DNA from: Candidatus Bipolaricaulota bacterium
Lineage (GTDB): Bacteria; Bipolaricaulota; Bipolaricaulia; UBA7950; UBA9294
Assembly: GCA_030670905.1 (NCBI GenBank)
Contig: DAOVAR010000003.1
Span: forward strand, 1 to 40,814
Length of the DNA stretch: 40,814 bases
Reading direction: 5' to 3'
Under the pieces are notes generated by a model. The model saw only the letters and a program-made list of their open reading frames with translations. It was not told the DNA's origin and made no database searches. The translations under genes and the position numbers were made by a program. Positions 37,017 through 40,814 of this stretch are shown piece by piece; within the stretch, counting starts at the first letter, position 1; the number at the start of each line of letters is the position of its first letter.

Positions 37017-38129
37017 ATGGATCATGAGATCAGGCTTGTAGAATCTGTGGTAGGTTCCAGAACGGTGATCAATGGGCGTGAATACGATTATTATGGCGTT
37101 TCAAGCTATTATAACTTACATAAAGATGATAGAGTGAAAGAGGCAGCTTGTGAGGCAATCCGCAAGTACGGCATGGGACCGAGTGGCGCTGGGCCTAACT
37201 TGCCGTTGATTCAGGTAGAACGCAACGCTGCTGAGTTCTTTGAGGTGGAAAAGGCCCAGTACATCGTTTCAGGATACCTTGGTAACATGCTTCTTGTTCA
37301 AGCGCTGAGAGAGGACTATGATATAGTGTTCGTCGATAGTTTTTCCCACTATAGTATCTTTGATGGTATTAGTTCGGCTGGAAAACGTATCATGACCTTT
37401 GAGCACCTGGATGCAAACGATCTGGAGCAAAAATTGCGCGAAACTTTGAAACCTCGCGAGGTGCCAATGGTGATAACAGATGGGGTCTTTCCCACGACAG
37501 GTGCGATCGCTCCCCTGAAGGCATATGCGACCATCTTGGCCTCCTATGAAAATGGGCTGTTGTGTGTGGACGATGCGCATGCAGTTGGGGTTATTGGGGA
37601 AAAAGGCCAAGGCACTCTAGAGTTCTGTGGATTGAAAGGGCCAACCCACTATCATTGTGGAACGCTCAGCAAGGCGTTTGGCGGACATGGTGGTATTATT
37701 CCAGGAGACCAAAAGTTGATGGACAAGATTAAACGTAATACAAGAGTGTCAGTTGGTGCAAATCCTCCTCCTCCAGCTTCGGCTGCAGCCTCAGCCATGG
37801 GGATGAGGATTCTCATGGAACATCCAGAAATGCGGAGGAAATTGTGGTCTAATACTACTTATATGCGGGCCGGATTGCGCGAAATGGGATTCGACGTGGA
37901 TGATTCTCCTATACCAATTATCCCAGTTAAGGCTCTCCCAAGAATGGACCTTAAGCAGATCTATCAAAAACTAGAGAAGAAGGGTATTATGCTGGAGTAC
38001 GTTATTCCCCGTGGTTATTCTGATGCCCCTAATGAGGATATATTGTGTATAAAGATATTCTCCACACATACGCAGCTACAAATGGACAGGTTGCTAGGAA
38101 CGCTAAAGGATTCCATCACCAATCTATGA
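37017..38129 (+). CDS. Alpha-oxoamine synthase family PLP enzyme (BioF/Kbl-like, substrate unknown)
   Basis: SGYLGN, D..SHYSI.DG, F.H.D..DLE, TDGVF...G.IAPL, VDDAHAVGVIG..G.G, GTLSKAFGGHGG, SPIPI. Confidence 0.88.
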   Translation: MDHEIRLVESVVGSRTVINGREYDYYGVSSYYNLHKDDRVKEAACEAIRKYGMGPSGAGPNLPLIQVERNAAEFFEVEKAQYIVSGYLGNMLLVQALREDYDIVFVDSFSHYSIFDGISSAGKRIMTFEHLDANDLEQKLRETLKPREVPMVITDGVFPTTGAIAPLKAYATILASYENGLLCVDDAHAVGVIGEKGQGTLEFCGLKGPTHYHCGTLSKAFGGHGGIIPGDQKLMDKIKRNTRVSVGANPPPPASAAASAMGMRILMEHPEMRRKLWSNTTYMRAGLREMGFDVDDSPIPIIPVKALPRMDLKQIYQKLEKKGIMLEYVIPRGYSDAPNEDILCIKIFSTHTQLQMDRLLGTLKDSITNL

Positions 38130-38146
38130 TACATCACGATCTGCAG
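38130..38146 (+). repeat. 17-bp intergenic direct repeat, copy 2
   Basis: TACATCACGATCTGCAG is identical to 22666-22682 and starts immediately after a TGA stop. Confidence 0.85.
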
Positions 38147-38195
38147 TAGCGAGCGGACAGAACTTAAGTAGCAATGTTTGGCAAAGAGACAAATC

Positions 38196-38651
38196 ATGAA
38201 TGGCTATGCAAAGCAGATTCTCAGGGTCAATCTCTCAACGGGTCAAATTACGACGGAAGAACTTGATGCTAAGGTGGCCCACTGCACTATCGGTGGACGA
38301 GGGCTGGCCGCTGAGTTTCTCCTCTCAGAGGTGCCGGCTGGAATAGATGCTCTTGAGCCTGACAACAAACTGGCAGTTGCCACTGGCCCTTTTCAGAACA
38401 CGCCCATTCCAGGGGGCACTCTGTTTGCGGTTTGTCCCAAATCTCCGCTTGTAGGAGGCTGGGGTGAAGCTCATGCAACTGGCTCCTTCGGTCCTATGCT
38501 CAAGCAGACCAGTTACGATGCGCTGATTGTAGAGGGGCAGGTCTCTACGCTTGTGTATTTGTGGGCATCGAACGAGGGCTTCGAACTGCGGGATGCCCGT
38601 GCTCTGCAGGGTCGGATATTTGATTTGAAGGCGAATAGTTACCTTAATTAG
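38196..38651 (+). pseudogene. Truncated aldehyde:ferredoxin oxidoreductase (N-terminal ~140 aa only)
   Basis: MNGYAKQILRVNLSTG, IGGRGLA, ATGP, KSPL.GG.GE....G.FGP.LK...YDALIVEG, LRDA..L.G; similarity stops near 38620, whereas the family is about 600 aa. Confidence 0.85.
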
Positions 38652-38668
38652 AGAGGAGGCTTTATTGC

Positions 38669-40060
38669 ATGGGTACACACAAGATTGCTTTCGATTTATC
38701 GATACTCCATTTATCAGAATCACCGAAGATAAGAGTTATACCACCAGGGCCAAAATCAAAGAAGCTAATAAACGAGCAGAAGAGAATAGAGTCTAATGCT
38801 GTGTCTTATCCACGATCGATTCCCTTGGCAATTGACGAGGCCAAAGGAGCTACGATAAAAGACGTAGATGGCAACACATACCTTGATTTCTTTGGTGGCG
38901 CGGGGGTACTAAATGTTGGTCAATTGAACCCCAAAGTAATAAGTGCAGTAAATGAGCAGCTGAAGAAACTTGTACATGCGCTTGACTTCCCAACTAGAAC
39001 TAGGATAGATCTCGGAAAGAAGCTCCTGGAAATTGCCCCGGGAGAGCTAGAATCTGGCAAAGTATTCTTTAGCGCTCCTACTGGTTCCGACGCTGTTGAA
39101 GCAGCTATCAAACTTGCCATGCATAATACTGGAAGAAAAACGATACTTGCTTTTGAGGGTAGTTATCATGGGATGACACAGGGAGCACTATCGGTTTCAA
39201 GCGGAAGAAAACTCTATGAGGACTATCTTCCTTTACTCCCGCAAACTCACTTTGCTCCGTATGCCTATTGTTACAGGTGTTCATTTGGCAAGGAATATCC
39301 TGATTGCGACTTAGAATGCCTTAGATATGTCGAGCATTTGCTTGCGGATCCCCATTCCGGTGCCTCTATACCCGCGGCAATAATAGTTGAGCCAGTGCAA
39401 GGGGAAGGAGGGAGTATTGTTCCCCCCAGAGAATTCATCCCCGGTTTGAGAGAAATAGCCGACCAGTATTCAATCCCACTCATCTTTGATGAAATCCAAG
39501 CGGGCAACGCGAGATGTGGAAGGATGTTTAGCTGCGAGCTTACAGACACTTGCCCCGACATAGTGACCATAGCAAAAGGGTTTGGAGGGATAGGTTTTCC
39601 ATTTGGAGCCATAATTTACAGGAAGGAGCTTGATACCTGGAAGCCGGGTGCTCACATTGGAACCTTTAGGGGTCACCAGGTGGCGATGGCGGCTGGGTTA
39701 GCGAGTATTAGATTCATAGAAGAATATGATATTGCGCAGCATTCTGCGAACATGGGGAAGATAATGCTCGGGATGCTGAAAGAAGCCGAGGGTAACCTCA
39801 AGTTTGTGGGTGAATCAAGAGGGGCAGGTTTAATGGTAGGTGTAGAATTTGTAAGGGACAAAGAGAGCAAAGAGCCATACCCAGAAATAGCAGAGAGAGT
39901 CCAACATATCTGCTATGAGAACGGGGTAATATTCGAGTTGGGTGGTCACTTCTTCAATGTAATTAGGTGTCTTGCCCCTCTTACAGTGACAGAGAAGATG
40001 GTTAGAACGGGGACGGAAATCCTCATAGAATCTATAAGAAAAGCAGAGAAAGAAGTGTAG
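38669..40060 (+). CDS. Class III PLP aminotransferase, diaminobutyrate/4-aminobutyrate transaminase-like
   Basis: PPGPKS, ESNAVSYPR, DVDGNTYLDF, PTGSDAVEAAIKLA, FEGSYHGMT, EPVQGEGG, DEIQAG, AKGFGG, HIGTFRG. Confidence 0.92.
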   Translation: MGTHKIAFDLSILHLSESPKIRVIPPGPKSKKLINEQKRIESNAVSYPRSIPLAIDEAKGATIKDVDGNTYLDFFGGAGVLNVGQLNPKVISAVNEQLKKLVHALDFPTRTRIDLGKKLLEIAPGELESGKVFFSAPTGSDAVEAAIKLAMHNTGRKTILAFEGSYHGMTQGALSVSSGRKLYEDYLPLLPQTHFAPYAYCYRCSFGKEYPDCDLECLRYVEHLLADPHSGASIPAAIIVEPVQGEGGSIVPPREFIPGLREIADQYSIPLIFDEIQAGNARCGRMFSCELTDTCPDIVTIAKGFGGIGFPFGAIIYRKELDTWKPGAHIGTFRGHQVAMAAGLASIRFIEEYDIAQHSANMGKIMLGMLKEAEGNLKFVGESRGAGLMVGVEFVRDKESKEPYPEIAERVQHICYENGVIFELGGHFFNVIRCLAPLTVTEKMVRTGTEILIESIRKAEKEV

Positions 40061-40234
40061 CATCTGACCTTCACGAGAAGTGAGCCACCTACTCGTACAA
40101 GAGTTCTCTCAGCAAAGCGAGCTGCTCGTGATCTTTCATCTGGTTCAAAGGGTGGAACAAAGCAGTGACTCAAAGGGTACGGAAAGGCACGGATTATGCT
40201 TCGTGCTCTAGCTAAGATCATCAGGAGGCGTAAA

Positions 40235-40814
40235 ATGCTTGGTGGATATAGCGGGAAAATGCTCGAGATTAATCTTACTACCAATAAAGTGAAGAGCTTC
40301 TTCCCCAACGAAAAGAGGCTTAGGGATTTTATCGGAGGCAAAGGCTTGGGTGCAAGGATCTTAATAGATGAGTTGGAACCCGGTGCTGATCCAGTTGGAC
40401 CTGAGAATCCCTTGATATTCGCAACAGGACCCCTTACCGGCACAACAGCCCCGACATCTGGAAGGTTCTGTGTGGTGACGAAATCACCTGCCACCAGGCT
40501 ATTCTTGGACTCCCACGTTGGGGGCTATTTTGGTCCAGAGATGAAGTTCGCCGGATATGACTTGATAACCATAAAGGGGAAGGCAGCTAGGCCAGTTTAC
40601 CTATTGATTGAGAATGATGAGGTATCCATTGAGGATGCCTCAAAACTAATGGGAAAGGGGATCTTTGAAACCGAGGAAACCCTTAAGGGATGGCACCCAG
40701 GAGTGAGGGTCGGTTCTATTGGCCCTGCCGGGGAACACCTTGTCAAATTCGCGTGTATCGGATTTGATCTCTATAGACAGGCAGGTCGTGGTGGGGCCGG
40801 CTGTGTAATGGGTT
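40235..40814 (+). CDS. Aldehyde:ferredoxin oxidoreductase (tungsten AOR family), N-terminal part; continues beyond the right edge
   Basis: Not in the ORF track. AGGAGG + ATG 40235 gives MLGGYSGKMLEINLT...FIGGKGLG...ENPLIFATGPLTGT.APTSGR....KSP......SHVGGYFGPEMKFAGYD...IGPAGE.LVKFACI......AGRGGAGCVMG, open to the edge. Confidence 0.93.
   Translation, partial: MLGGYSGKMLEINLTTNKVKSFFPNEKRLRDFIGGKGLGARILIDELEPGADPVGPENPLIFATGPLTGTTAPTSGRFCVVTKSPATRLFLDSHVGGYFGPEMKFAGYDLITIKGKAARPVYLLIENDEVSIEDASKLMGKGIFETEETLKGWHPGVRVGSIGPAGEHLVKFACIGFDLYRQAGRGGAGCVMG

Noticed and set aside
37017-38129. bioF or kbl assignment
   Set aside because: The family is clear, but there are no bio or tdh neighbours and the N-terminal motifs are divergent, so no symbol is given.
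1-40814. CRISPR array, tRNA, rRNA, intact transposase, integrase or phage genes
   Set aside because: No regularly spaced repeats, cloverleaf or rRNA-like tracts were seen; nearly all sequence is explained by protein genes and short spacers.

Overview
Bacterial chromosomal window, gene-dense, standard genetic code (TAG is a frequent real stop). No rRNA, tRNA, CRISPR array or intact mobile element was found. From left to right: (1) a minus-strand operon with a peptide/nickel-type ABC binding protein, two permeases, an N-acyl-D-amino-acid deacylase, an MmgE/PrpD protein and a D-glutamate-cyclase-like (DUF4392) gene that runs off the left edge; (2) an archaeal-type winged-helix (DUF4443-like) regulator followed by a promoter, a palindrome and a BtuFCD/FecBCDE-type ABC importer; (3) an envelope/division block DUF5693-csaB-rsmH-ftsL-ftsI with no mraZ or mur genes; (4) mnmG and an SPFH gene divergent from tpiA-pgsA; (5) amino-acid enzymes: Asp/Glu racemase, DmpA peptidase, a threonine-synthase-family gene with an in-frame TAG, a D-cysteine-desulfhydrase-type enzyme, an amidohydrolase and hydantoinase/5-oxoprolinase A+B; (6) an eroded FAD-oxidoreductase relic; (7) a GntR-led catabolic cluster with creatininase, an ABC binding protein, an ISL3 relic, two permeases, an alpha-oxoamine-synthase-family PLP enzyme, a truncated aldehyde:ferredoxin oxidoreductase (AOR), a class III aminotransferase and a second AOR that runs off the right edge. 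Gene content suggests an anaerobic amino-acid/peptide scavenger, probably diderm (Bipolaricaulota-like is an unverified guess). Best novelty candidates: the riboswitch-free, protein-regulated corrinoid/metal-chelate importer, a distributed D-amino-acid/D-glutamate to 5-oxoproline route, the creatininase-aminotransferase-AOR pathway, extra Shine-Dalgarno/uORF elements before both peptide-type binding-protein genes, and a 17-bp intergenic repeat. All family assignments come from motif recognition, not database searches.
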